A DNA stretch of 64,000 nucleotides from a bacterium. GTDB lineage: Bacteria > Fidelibacterota > Fidelibacteria > Fidelibacterales > Fidelibacteraceae. The position numbers were made by a program, and so were the translations under genes. The DNA lies in assembly GCA_963676395.1 (NCBI GenBank), contig OY781066.1, forward strand, positions 1,472,001 through 1,536,000. Reading direction: 5' to 3'. Below the pieces are notes generated by a model that searched no databases, had not been told where the DNA came from, and was given only the letters and a program-made list of their open reading frames with translations. Of the stretch, positions 51,297 to 60,725 are shown piece after piece (within the stretch, counting starts at the first letter, position 1; the number at the start of each line of letters is the position of its first letter).

Positions 51297-51809
51297 ATGC
51301 TTAGCGATCAGATCGAAAGACTTTACAAAGAAGAGAAGGTGAAAATGCTCGCCTATGTAAGGTCGCACACTGTGGAACGCGCCCGGGATGCCGAAGACCT
51401 TGTGCAGGATGTGATGCTAAAGATGTTCCGGGTTCTGAATATGAATACCAAGATCGAGAATTTGGCCGCCTATGCTTGGCAGAGTTTGAAAAACCTGATC
51501 ATTGACAACCGTCGCAGAAAAGAGATCGACTATGATGAGATCAATGATCATCTCGTCGATCTGGCTGCTGACGAACATGGTCCCGAGGAAGCGATGCTTC
51601 GTGAGCATTTTTCGGAGTACATGAGCGGAGCTCTTAAAACTTTAAAACCATCGGAAACCGCTATCTGGCATGCTACCGAAGTAGAAGCTAAGAGCTATCA
51701 GGAGTTGTCCGAAGAATGGAAAGAACCCATCGGTACCCTGCTTTCACGCAAGTATAGGGCGGAAAAGAAGATACTGGATATACTTAACAAGAAATTTGAG
51801 GAGAAATAA
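51297..51809 (+). CDS. RNA polymerase ECF (sigma-70 family) sigma factor
   Basis: DAEDLVQDV, AYAWQSLKNLIIDNRR, region 4 SYQELS...PIGTLLSRKYRA. Confidence 0.92.
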   Translation: MLSDQIERLYKEEKVKMLAYVRSHTVERARDAEDLVQDVMLKMFRVLNMNTKIENLAAYAWQSLKNLIIDNRRRKEIDYDEINDHLVDLAADEHGPEEAMLREHFSEYMSGALKTLKPSETAIWHATEVEAKSYQELSEEWKEPIGTLLSRKYRAEKKILDILNKKFEEK

Positions 51810-51810
51810 A

Positions 51811-52209
51811 ATGGGACATTGGAAAACATATCACCCGGCAAAGAAAATTGTCATGATAATTGGCGGTATTATTGCCGGTATCGGTATTGTAGCCTTGATC
51901 GGCTTTGTGATCATGTGGTTATGGAACGGTCTGATGCCTAAATTATTTGGTCTAACCGTGATCACTTATTGGCAAGGTGTTGGACTAGCATTACTTGGCC
52001 GCCTGCTGTTTGGTGGTATTGGTGGCGGTAATGGTGACAGTGGTTCTAAACATAAGAAACGTCAAAAAATGTCACATTGTGAATCAGCTTATGAAGCCGA
52101 TTGGGAAAAATACGATAAATGGTGGGAAGCTGAGGGTAAAGCATCATTTGAGAAATATGATACCAATGAAGATCCGGATGTAGAAGTTGTAGAAGTAGAA
52201 GAAAAATAG
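51811..52209 (+). CDS. Membrane protein co-transcribed with the ECF sigma factor
   Basis: VIMWLWNGLMPKLFGL..ITYWQ..GL..L.RLLFGG motif, GAGGAG SD. Confidence 0.8.
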   Translation: MGHWKTYHPAKKIVMIIGGIIAGIGIVALIGFVIMWLWNGLMPKLFGLTVITYWQGVGLALLGRLLFGGIGGGNGDSGSKHKKRQKMSHCESAYEADWEKYDKWWEAEGKASFEKYDTNEDPDVEVVEVEEK

Positions 52210-52216
52210 ATGAGAC

Positions 52217-52246
52217 TGTAAGGGTGATTTTAGAATCGCCCTTATA
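52217..52246. repeat. REP-like palindrome
   Basis: TGTAAGGGTGATT-TTAG-AATCGCCCTTATA. Confidence 0.65.
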
Positions 52247-52261
52247 ATTTAAATTTCATAA

Positions 52262-52294
52262 TGTAGGGGTTGGACGGGTGTTCGACCCTTTTTT
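52262..52294 (+). terminator. GTAG-led hairpin with U-tract, probable terminator of the ECF operon
   Basis: GGGGTTGGAC-GGGT-GTTCGACCCT followed by TTTTT. Confidence 0.6.
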
Positions 52295-52348
52295 AATTAC
52301 GTAAGCAACCGACTCGGTTCTTAACCAACACAACCGACTCGGTTTTAG

Positions 52349-52741
52349 TTAAGGTGCCTTAAACCTTGAAATATGCACAGTAACAGCAATCGCAATAGCG
52401 AAAAGCATGATACGCATAAAAAAACATCTATTGCAAAAATAGCTGTAGCAGAAATAATCAACCATAGCATGCTAAGTATATAGATCTTGTATTTTAGCTC
52501 TAAGCCTTTACGTTCTTTATAGTCTCGCAGCAGTTTAGCAAAATGTTTGTAAGCATATAATTTGTCGTGAAACTTTTTGGATGTTCTTGCAAAGATTGCA
52601 GCCGAAAGTAAGGCAAAAGGCTACGGGTAGGATAATGCCCAAAATCCCCAAAGCTAAAGATATAAATCCAATGCAAATCAATATAATCCTCAGAATAGGA
52701 TTTTTAATTGAGGATTAGTCTTGTGAGCTTGTATTGGTCAT
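52349..52741 (-). pseudogene. ybaN: YbaN/DUF454 family pseudogene
   Basis: LGILGIILPV / frameshift / PFALLSAAIFARTSKKFHDKL...VTVHI. The conserved LPTT is missing (an apparent 11-nt deletion), and codon 9 is a TAA. Confidence 0.8.
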
Positions 52742-52759
52742 ATAATGTTAAATATAATT

Positions 52760-52787
52760 TGTGGGCGACTCTCGTGTCGCCCGAACA
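52760..52787. repeat. REP-like palindrome
   Basis: GGGCGAC-TCTCGT-GTCGCCC. Confidence 0.55.
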
Positions 52788-52862
52788 TACTCAAAGAAGT
52801 ATTTATTATGCTTTATACCTTCACTAAGGATTTGGTATACTTCGTGACTTTGTTTGAGGGCT

Positions 52863-54107
52863 TTAAATTGTCAATTGAGATATGGTATTCACCCGATCTT
52901 TATTTCCTTCGATCTTTACTTCTACAAAATGCGGCGTATGTCCGATAAGCATGCCCTCTTCCCAACGTTCCCAAAGCACGGGCTGAATAGTTCCTTTAAA
53001 TTGTCTTGCAAACTCTGCTTGCAATTGTTTGTGGGTGTCTTCCAAAATGGCAGCTCGAGCTTTTTTCCCGTTTTCGGGGACCTGATTTTTCATGGTCGCT
53101 GCCGGTGTGCCTTCGCGTTGCGAATAGCGGAAAACATGTAAGTAGGAAAAATTGGTGTCCATGATATAATTTACGGTTTCACGAAACAGCTCATCGTTTT
53201 CCCCGGGGAAACCTACAATAACGTCCGTACCTATCGAAGCCTGAGGTATAAATTTCCTGATCGTTTGTATTTTCTTGCTGAAATCAGCAGTGAGGTATTT
53301 GCGCTTCATGGCTTGTAGAAGGGTATCCGATCCGGATTGTAAAGATAAATGAAAATGTGGCATTACCTTTTTAGATTGCCCGATATGCTCAATTAGTTTA
53401 TCGCTGAGCGTATTCATTTCGATGGATGAGATTCGGATGCGTTCAAGTCCTTTAATCGGCTCAAGAGCCATAACAACATCCATCAATCGTTTGCCTTTAT
53501 CTTCATAAGCACCGATATCAATACCTGTAAGCACAATCTCTTTGTAACCGACTTCGGCAAGGCGCTTGGCTTCGTTGAGGGTGTTATCAAAATCACGACT
53601 CACGGGGTTACCTCGGGCATAAGGGACAATACAGTAGGTGCAGAAATTATTACAACCTTCTTGTATTTTTAAGAATGCTCGTGTTCTATCGGTGGCGGCA
53701 ATAAATGCCGAATTCAATCGTTCACGATTATTTACGGATGAAACACGTTTGATCTGTTGATGCTTTTTTTCGAAATCCGTAATAGCTTCAAAAAGATCGA
53801 ATTTATCTCGAGTTCCCAAGACAATATCCACACCTTTCAGCTTTGTGGCAATGTCGGGTTTGACTTGTGGGTAGCAACCGGCGACGACTAAAATACCTTC
53901 CGGAGAAAGTTTTTTAGCTTGATACAATGCCTGGCGAGTTTTTCTGTCCGCTCGATTGGTGAGTGTGCAGGAGTTAACGACCATGACATCTGCGAGTTCG
54001 TGAAAATCCACGACTTGATAATTATGTTGCTCAGCTGCGTATTTCAGTGCCGATGTTTCGGCCTGATTTAGTTTACAGCCTAATGTATAGAAAGATATTT
54101 TTTTCAT
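52863..54107 (-). CDS. mtaB: tRNA t6A37 methylthiotransferase MtaB
   Basis: TLGCKLNQAE, NSCT, GCY, RTRAFLKIQEGCNNFCTYCIVP, HLSLQSGSD, DVIVGFPGE, HVFRYS.REGT. Confidence 0.93.
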   Translation of the reverse strand: MKKISFYTLGCKLNQAETSALKYAAEQHNYQVVDFHELADVMVVNSCTLTNRADRKTRQALYQAKKLSPEGILVVAGCYPQVKPDIATKLKGVDIVLGTRDKFDLFEAITDFEKKHQQIKRVSSVNNRERLNSAFIAATDRTRAFLKIQEGCNNFCTYCIVPYARGNPVSRDFDNTLNEAKRLAEVGYKEIVLTGIDIGAYEDKGKRLMDVVMALEPIKGLERIRISSIEMNTLSDKLIEHIGQSKKVMPHFHLSLQSGSDTLLQAMKRKYLTADFSKKIQTIRKFIPQASIGTDVIVGFPGENDELFRETVNYIMDTNFSYLHVFRYSQREGTPAATMKNQVPENGKKARAAILEDTHKQLQAEFARQFKGTIQPVLWERWEEGMLIGHTPHFVEVKIEGNKDRVNTISQLTI

Positions 54108-54598
54108 TGATGTCTCTCGGGTGGTAGCCAGACTTTTACGTCGATGGTTTGCTTTCCCCATTCTAAGGCTTTGTTATGTGATTTAAAGAAAAGATCGATA
54201 TGTCTACCGATGATAACAGAACCACGGTCTTCGACTACACCATATCCCCAGCCTTCGATATACATAATAGTTCCCATGGGGAAGATATTTGTGTCCGCAG
54301 CAATTGTGCCACGTCGAGCGCGAGTACCGGCAGCAGTACGGCCTACAACTTTTCGTTGACCTTTTAATGGTCCATATGAATAACGCGGAACGCCCCATTT
54401 ATCACGTTCCCAACCACAGCATTTTTCACAAGCACAGTAGCCGGTAACTTGCATACGAATGGTTTTATAGGGTTTGAAAACCGGGGGACGCAATTGATAT
54501 TGAAAAACTGTACAACCATTGGTGAACGGAATGGTCAATATAATCAATAAGATGACCGAGTATTTTAGCCATGCCGCTTTTTTAATGTTCGTGCGCAT
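54104..54598 (-). CDS. 3D-domain (MltA-like) protein, probable lipoprotein
   Basis: VTGYC, TAAG, TIAAD, PMGT...EDRGSVIIGRHIDLF; possible lipobox TNGC. Confidence 0.85.
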   Translation of the reverse strand: MRTNIKKAAWLKYSVILLIILTIPFTNGCTVFQYQLRPPVFKPYKTIRMQVTGYCACEKCCGWERDKWGVPRYSYGPLKGQRKVVGRTAAGTRARRGTIAADTNIFPMGTIMYIEGWGYGVVEDRGSVIIGRHIDLFFKSHNKALEWGKQTIDVKVWLPPERHQ

Positions 54599-55784
54599 GT
54601 TCCTTTTCTTCTTCCTGTTTCAAGATGGATTCAAGTTCCATCGGATGGGTAAGTTTTCCGGTTATGGCCGCTGTAAAACAGCTTAAAGCATTCGCAAGAA
54701 TTGCACCGGATTTTACTAAAGAAGCTGATGTTACCAATCGGACTTTCTTTTCATCGGCACGAGTTTTTAATAAGGGTAATATCGAAGAGGGTAGGATCTC
54801 AAATCCAATCTCGGTCAAAATTCCCGAAATCCCCATATCCAGCATGTCCCCGTAAACCAATTGTGACCCGGGAATGATGGCAGCGGTTAAGTTTTCGCTC
54901 AAAGGACGGTAACGGATCAATTTAAGTCCGGATTCAATGTCGGCATAGCGATTGGCACTTTCTCCACCGATAAATATTTGTTCTATATTTAAACCGTCTT
55001 TATCTGTTAGTGCTCCCACTTTCGTTTCGTTATTTTCTTTCCAAGCGATCATAGGATGGACTTTTTCCATACCGATGCTTAGGACAGTATTTTTATCTGC
55101 TTCGGTATCGGGGAAGTAAAATTGCCCCTCCGCTTCCGAACGATCTTGCAAAAATGCCAGTACTTGCTCATCCACCTGAAATAGAAGTTTTTCATACCCC
55201 AGATCAATCAGAGTACGAGCCAATGAAAAACGCTCGTTTAAGGGTAGAGAGGTTAAACCTTCACCATAGAACTCAAGAACTTTATCTTTGGGTAAGTTAA
55301 AATAATGGATCAAATGAAGTGCGATATCAATACCGCCAACCCATTCTCCGGCTTTTCCGGTCAACTCGATATTTTTACTCTCAGGAATGCTTAGATCAAG
55401 TTGTGAATCATTCATTAGTGCCAACATGTTTTCTTTTTCTAGATGCAAAACATATGTACCCAGGACTGAGAGTTCCAGGAGATTTTTATCATCGCTGGCA
55501 AGAATGACGCCAGGTGCCGCCAACCCATCTTCAGCAGTTACCAGAGAAGGAATGCCGGTTCTTCCGGCCGGATAATGTTCAACACCCTTGTCTCTTAATG
55601 CAAGAAGATCTGTAGCATCGGGTGCTCCCTTAAGCGGTAGACTGTTGTTTATGATTAGGGCATCGATGTTGGATTGTGTTAAATTATTGGCATAAAATTT
55701 AACATTTTCTGTTCCAAGAATGATCTGAGAAACCTTGTTATCTGCTCCATCGATCAGTTGATGTATCATTGATTTATTATTCAT
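54582..55784 (-). CDS. Aconitase/LeuC (3-isopropylmalate dehydratase large subunit)-like protein lacking Fe-S cysteines
   Basis: ELTGKAGEWVGGIDIAL, VLEFYGEGL...ERF, QIFIGG, IIPGSQLVY, AAITGKLTHP retained, but no GSCTN or CGPC motifs. Confidence 0.75.
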   Translation of the reverse strand: MNNKSMIHQLIDGADNKVSQIILGTENVKFYANNLTQSNIDALIINNSLPLKGAPDATDLLALRDKGVEHYPAGRTGIPSLVTAEDGLAAPGVILASDDKNLLELSVLGTYVLHLEKENMLALMNDSQLDLSIPESKNIELTGKAGEWVGGIDIALHLIHYFNLPKDKVLEFYGEGLTSLPLNERFSLARTLIDLGYEKLLFQVDEQVLAFLQDRSEAEGQFYFPDTEADKNTVLSIGMEKVHPMIAWKENNETKVGALTDKDGLNIEQIFIGGESANRYADIESGLKLIRYRPLSENLTAAIIPGSQLVYGDMLDMGISGILTEIGFEILPSSILPLLKTRADEKKVRLVTSASLVKSGAILANALSCFTAAITGKLTHPMELESILKQEEEKEHAHEH

Positions 55785-56908
55785 TTGTTGTGCTCCGAAA
55801 TAAATATATTCAAGTATCGTCTGTTTTTTATCATGTAACCCCAGTCGGATACGATGACTTTATTTTTAAAATGCTGTAAGCTATTTTTAAAGCGCTCTTC
55901 ATTGTTTTGTACAGGATTTAACTGTAATTCTATGGTGGGGATAACTTTGGAATCTGTGCCATTGATCTCTTTTAAAATGGAGAGCTGAATCTGGTCATAA
56001 CGATCATCCGGGATATAGCAGGATGTACTCATGATATAGTGGTCGGTAAATACAGCCAAAGTTTTCACGTCCTGGCCGGTCAGGCGTTGCCTGCCGAAAT
56101 TGGGATCATTTTCTTCCCAGGGCAATATACCAAGCATAATCTTACACGTGGGGTCGAGATCTTTAATGATAATATTGGCTTTTTCCATGAGTTCGTTGAT
56201 CGTACCGGTTTTCCATGATAGCCAAGCCTGTTCGTGATTGTCAAGTATCCAGGCATTTAACTCGTGATTTATTAAATGTTCCGGTAAGTCAATTTGAGCA
56301 TGTTGGGCAAAGGTTTTTACGCAGTGATTGCAAAAACAAAATTGTCTTGTATGAGCTACCTGCATTTTTGAACAATCATCACCGGTCTCCACAGGGAAGG
56401 ACAGTTTGTCCAAATATATACCATCAGGTTGGAAGATCAACATGATCTCGCGAATGATATCCAGCTTATACTGGCGATAATCCCTGTTCGAAGGACATAT
56501 CCCCGAGATGTTTTCCGCACTACGAGTAGAAGCAAATTCATCCATTGCCCGTAATTCGGGTTGAGTTTTAAATGTATAATTGTCCTCGAATATTTGTAGC
56601 TGGGCGACAAAATCAATATTGACGCGCCTTAATGCATGACGGAAAGCCAGTAGATCTGTTCCAAAAGTCCAGCGTTGAGGTAAAATATCTGAGGGATAGT
56701 AGGCTGTACCATCTTTATATACCGGAACAATAACGTGTGTAACGCCCGCTGATTTCAGCTCATCGGCAAGGGCACCCATCTCGCCACCATATCGTTGACG
56801 TATCTCCGGTTTTTGGATAATAATATGAACGCCTTTCATGTGCTCGCGACGAGAACATGAAGAAAGAATGATCAAGAAAGCGATCATGATGTAAGTCAGC
56901 TTTTTCAC
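55781..56908 (-). CDS. Putative glycoside hydrolase-like lipoprotein (GHL10/DUF187-like TIM barrel)
   Basis: Lipobox LSSC, G.AYYPS, ICPS...Y, DGIYLD, CFCNHC, GQD. Confidence 0.65.
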   Translation of the reverse strand: MKKLTYIMIAFLIILSSCSRREHMKGVHIIIQKPEIRQRYGGEMGALADELKSAGVTHVIVPVYKDGTAYYPSDILPQRWTFGTDLLAFRHALRRVNIDFVAQLQIFEDNYTFKTQPELRAMDEFASTRSAENISGICPSNRDYRQYKLDIIREIMLIFQPDGIYLDKLSFPVETGDDCSKMQVAHTRQFCFCNHCVKTFAQHAQIDLPEHLINHELNAWILDNHEQAWLSWKTGTINELMEKANIIIKDLDPTCKIMLGILPWEENDPNFGRQRLTGQDVKTLAVFTDHYIMSTSCYIPDDRYDQIQLSILKEINGTDSKVIPTIELQLNPVQNNEERFKNSLQHFKNKVIVSDWGYMIKNRRYLNIFISEHNK

Positions 56909-57068
56909 GGAATGAAGATAGGGTTTAAATTGCCTTATGTCAAGTGGTTGTGTATTCTCGCTGAGAATGTGGGGGAGGTTCTTGAATTTCCTTGGGAAAT
57001 GATGGGTAATTCAAGTGTTAACCGTACATTTTCAAAAATAAATTTTCATACACAAAAAATTTACCATT

Positions 57069-57093
57069 AAAAGAAAAGGCTCCTTAGGAGCCC
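57069..57093 (-). terminator. Intrinsic terminator after the AmpG-like gene
   Basis: Minus strand GGCTCC-TAA-GGAGCC followed by TTTTCTTTT. Confidence 0.75.
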
Positions 57094-57127
57094 AATCTTA
57101 TAGTTTTTTATTAATAACTATTATTAG

Positions 57128-58981
57128 TTATTCTTTGGCTTTCACTTTTTTTCCGAATTCGGGTTCGATCTTGAGGAATTTAATAAGAATGAATCCCGGG
57201 ATGGTGGCAATGATGACCCAGATAAAGAAATGCTGATAACCGATGACTTCTTGTAGCCAACCGGAGATCATACCGGGGATCATCATACCTAAAGCCATAA
57301 AAGCTGTACAGATGGCATAATGTGAGGTTTTGTACGAGCCTCTTGAAATATAGATCATAAACATCATGTATGCTGTAAAGCCAAATCCATAACCAAATGT
57401 TTCAAATGCAACACAAGGCACAATAACCCATAGACTTGAAGGTTGTACATATGATAAGAAAATATATACCGCATTGGGAACATTGATCATAATAGCAAAC
57501 CACCAAATCCATTTTTTAAGACCGTGTTTTGCAACTGCCATACCACCTAGAATACCTCCAAGTGTTAGGAATAGTAAACCTATGGTTCCGTATGTTAGCC
57601 CATATTGACCGGCTGTAAGTCCCAAACCACCCAATTCTCTTGTATCAAGCATAAAGGGAGCCGAGAGTTTGACCAACTGAGATTCACCCAAGCGGAATAG
57701 AAGCAGGAAGACAATAGCCAAACCAATACCTTCTTTACCAAAGAATGAACCAAAAGTAGCAAAGAAATCTTTAATGGCTTTTCCAAGAGATGCTTCATCT
57801 CTAACTTTTTCAACTTTGGGAAGAGTAAATCTATGTGCCAACCAGAAAATAAAAAACATACCTGATAGGCAGAAGAATAAAACAGTCCAAGCCATTTTAA
57901 CTTTGCCTGATTCCGCATCAAAGAAAGCTGAGCTTGCGTTTGTAAGTTTTTTATCGAGTTGGATAACCGACATAACGGGTTTATTCCAGTTTTCGGCGGT
58001 GAATTCAAAGCGAGTACCTTCAACGAGCTTGATGCTTTTATCACCTTTATCTTGACCAAAGGTCACGATGGTTGTTTCACCTTCTTCGGGTGATTTTGAA
58101 AGATGAAAATATACCAGGCCGATATTGCCATCGTAGGCTGTTATTTCCTCAGCTTCAACACCGAAATTATTTCTTAACCAATTTTCAAATTTTTTGGGTC
58201 GTTCTTTTTTTGCTTTTTCTTTCGATTTTTTGTCTTTTGCGATCTTGGGCGCATCAGGATCTACTTGACCTTGAGCAATATTCCATGCGCGGGCAGCTTT
58301 CTTGACTGAGTCAACATAAGCCGGACTTACTTTTACAATAGGAATATCAAGATTTTTTGGGGCGTAAACCAAGTGCATATCACCGGCCTGCTCAGTATTA
58401 TCTAAATCAGCTAAAAGAACAGATTTAACAGCAGTGCCTTCGGGAACCGCATTAACTTCAACCGTAGCTTTATCCATACCGGAAGCATTGATAAGTACGG
58501 AAACCAGAATGACAAAAACGCCTTGTCCCATAAGCATCGCAACACGATAAAAAGCTGAACGGATACCGTTAAATAAGGCTTGATCACCCTCATCCAAACC
58601 GATCATATAAAAACCGTCGGCAGCAATATCGTGAGTTGCCGAGGTAAAAGCCATTAACCATAGAAAGGCGATAGAGATTTTAAAGAAGTTGGTTGTGGGG
58701 ATGGTTAGTGCAATACAGGCAAATAGAATACCCAATATGAATTGCATGATAAGGATCCACCAACGTTTTGTCTTTAAATTATCAACTATGGGACTCCAGA
58801 GGGGTTTTAATACCCATGGTAGATAGAGAAGTGAAGTATAAAGAGCTATATCGGTATTTGAAATACCTAGCATTTTATACATGACGACCGAAACGACCAT
58901 CACAACGGTGTAAGGAATACCTTCGGCAAAGTACAAGGACGGTACCCAGCTCCAGGGATTACGTTTTTTAATTTTGTTCAT
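57128..58981 (-). CDS. ampG: AmpG-like MFS muropeptide transporter with a large soluble insertion
   Basis: WVPSLYFAEG, LPWVLKPLWSP, SATHDIAADG, FGYGFGFTAY, HYAICT. Confidence 0.8.
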   Translation of the reverse strand: MNKIKKRNPWSWVPSLYFAEGIPYTVVMVVSVVMYKMLGISNTDIALYTSLLYLPWVLKPLWSPIVDNLKTKRWWILIMQFILGILFACIALTIPTTNFFKISIAFLWLMAFTSATHDIAADGFYMIGLDEGDQALFNGIRSAFYRVAMLMGQGVFVILVSVLINASGMDKATVEVNAVPEGTAVKSVLLADLDNTEQAGDMHLVYAPKNLDIPIVKVSPAYVDSVKKAARAWNIAQGQVDPDAPKIAKDKKSKEKAKKERPKKFENWLRNNFGVEAEEITAYDGNIGLVYFHLSKSPEEGETTIVTFGQDKGDKSIKLVEGTRFEFTAENWNKPVMSVIQLDKKLTNASSAFFDAESGKVKMAWTVLFFCLSGMFFIFWLAHRFTLPKVEKVRDEASLGKAIKDFFATFGSFFGKEGIGLAIVFLLLFRLGESQLVKLSAPFMLDTRELGGLGLTAGQYGLTYGTIGLLFLTLGGILGGMAVAKHGLKKWIWWFAIMINVPNAVYIFLSYVQPSSLWVIVPCVAFETFGYGFGFTAYMMFMIYISRGSYKTSHYAICTAFMALGMMIPGMISGWLQEVIGYQHFFIWVIIATIPGFILIKFLKIEPEFGKKVKAKE

Positions 58982-59064
58982 GAGAACCTTTCCTTTTGTT
59001 AGCTATCGGCTTGAGGATTTTTTGCTTAAGCTTTTGCTGTTTACTGTAGGCTGATTGCTATATG

Positions 59065-60390
59065 CTATTTGTAAATTTTCTTGTATTCGCTGCCCGGATA
59101 ATAGTGTGCTAGAATTTGTTCTGTTGTATAACCTTTAAGGCTCATGCCAAGAGCACCTATCTGGCAAAGTCCAGCTCCATGACCCCAGCCGGCACCTTTA
59201 TAAATAAAACGTTTGGGGACTTCGCCTGAGCCGACTTTTTCAATAACAACGGCTGAGGAGAAAAGGAATCTGGGATGTAGAACAAGTCTTGCATTATAAT
59301 CTTTATCAATTTCAATTTCATGCACTTTATCATCAAAGTCGCGATAAATAATGCCAAGTTTTAAAAGTCGTGCAGATTCGGCACGTTTACGAGTTTGCAG
59401 ATCAAGAACTTCTTTGACATCCAATTTAAGTTTATCTCGTAAATTGGCGGAAAGTTCTTCATTATTGATTTCCACGGTCCAACGGAAATATTCACCTTCG
59501 TCATCACAGGCGCCGATATACTGTGTCAATTCGTTTTCGGGAACCGTTGTTGAAGAACAGAAAGCATCTTTAGGATCTGAAAGGATCCATTCGCGAGCGT
59601 TTTCTTCGATAGTTAGATCAGGCACTTCGTTACCTTCGGGCATATCGGGAAGCGGTTGCATATATGAAAGGGGAGTATTTTCCCAGAGGTTTTCAAAAAC
59701 TTCCATTTTACCGCCACAGGATTTTGAATAGCGGGCATCACAGATCTTATTATCGGCAATGATCACTTTACCGCGCGTGGCTTCGGTACCGGATTTTGAT
59801 GTTTCGGTTACGTTGTTAAGACCTTGGTAACGCTGACAACAATCATCATTACATACATCAAGCCCTAAGTCTACATGTTTTTGTTCAACATTGGCTAACA
59901 TCCAGGAGCGAGCAACCACGGTTTGAGATTCGATCAAAGCCGGTGGACAGGCGGCACCCATTTCGGATGTAGCGACACACATGAGATATGTTTCAAGCGG
60001 TAGTTCATTTACGACCATTAAATTGCCATCTACAACGCTGATCTCTACAGTACCGGGTACCTTAACCTGAATATATTTACGCCAATGGAATTCACGACCC
60101 GATATTACAGGATCCAGGGTAATGTGTGCATTTTCTACAACGGGGGTAAAGACGACTTTTTTGACTTTTTCGTATGATTTGCCATTTATATCAAACGTGA
60201 TAGCATTATCTATTACGTTAAAAAGTATACTTGGAACTTCACAGGTTGAAAAAGTCAGAGTATCAACTGCAAGTTCATAATCACACATGTCAGATAAAAA
60301 TGTTGAGATCTTTTTTTGATCATCATGAGGTAAAACAACGCCAACCCTCAATAGGGGTTCTTTGTTTGGAATGACGCCGGGTTTAAGCAT
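59065..60390 (-). CDS. SpoIID/LytB domain lytic transglycosylase-like protein
   Basis: NELPLETYLMCVATSEM, VVARSW, DVCNDDCCQRYQG, YSKSCGG, GAGWGHGAGLCQIGA, ILAHYYPG. Confidence 0.92.
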   Translation of the reverse strand: MLKPGVIPNKEPLLRVGVVLPHDDQKKISTFLSDMCDYELAVDTLTFSTCEVPSILFNVIDNAITFDINGKSYEKVKKVVFTPVVENAHITLDPVISGREFHWRKYIQVKVPGTVEISVVDGNLMVVNELPLETYLMCVATSEMGAACPPALIESQTVVARSWMLANVEQKHVDLGLDVCNDDCCQRYQGLNNVTETSKSGTEATRGKVIIADNKICDARYSKSCGGKMEVFENLWENTPLSYMQPLPDMPEGNEVPDLTIEENAREWILSDPKDAFCSSTTVPENELTQYIGACDDEGEYFRWTVEINNEELSANLRDKLKLDVKEVLDLQTRKRAESARLLKLGIIYRDFDDKVHEIEIDKDYNARLVLHPRFLFSSAVVIEKVGSGEVPKRFIYKGAGWGHGAGLCQIGALGMSLKGYTTEQILAHYYPGSEYKKIYK

Positions 60391-60547
60391 AGGGGAAATC
60401 CTCTCTTAAAGATATTTGCTAAATTTTCATCATTGCTTATTAAGTAAAATCTACTTCGGCACAAGCTCTCTAAAATAGTGTATTATGTTGCGGTTTTCAA
60501 TTGGAAAATGAGAAAAACAGAATTCGAAAGCAAAAATTTGTAATGAT

Positions 60548-60596
60548 GTCATCTCAACTCCCGATATACATCGGGACAGGCCCCGCTGCGAGATCT
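60548..60596. repeat. Degenerate REP-like element with nested palindrome
   Basis: GTCATCTC...TCCCGAT-ATAC-ATCGGGA...GAGATCT. Confidence 0.5.
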
Positions 60597-60725
60597 ATTC
60601 ATGAGATAATGTGGTTGAAACGCAGAATCGTTTAATTGTTGAAAAATATTCGAAGAGAATTAAATCACCTACACCAAGGCTATTGAAGTGCTTTTGCTGT
60701 AAAAACTATGGAAGTTATCGCTTGA

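Noticed and set aside
13636..60390. CotH, GH18, SpoIID and SpoIIAA-like genes as evidence of sporulation
   Set aside because: All are widespread in non-sporulating diderms, and here they occur with TonB receptors and outer-membrane proteins.
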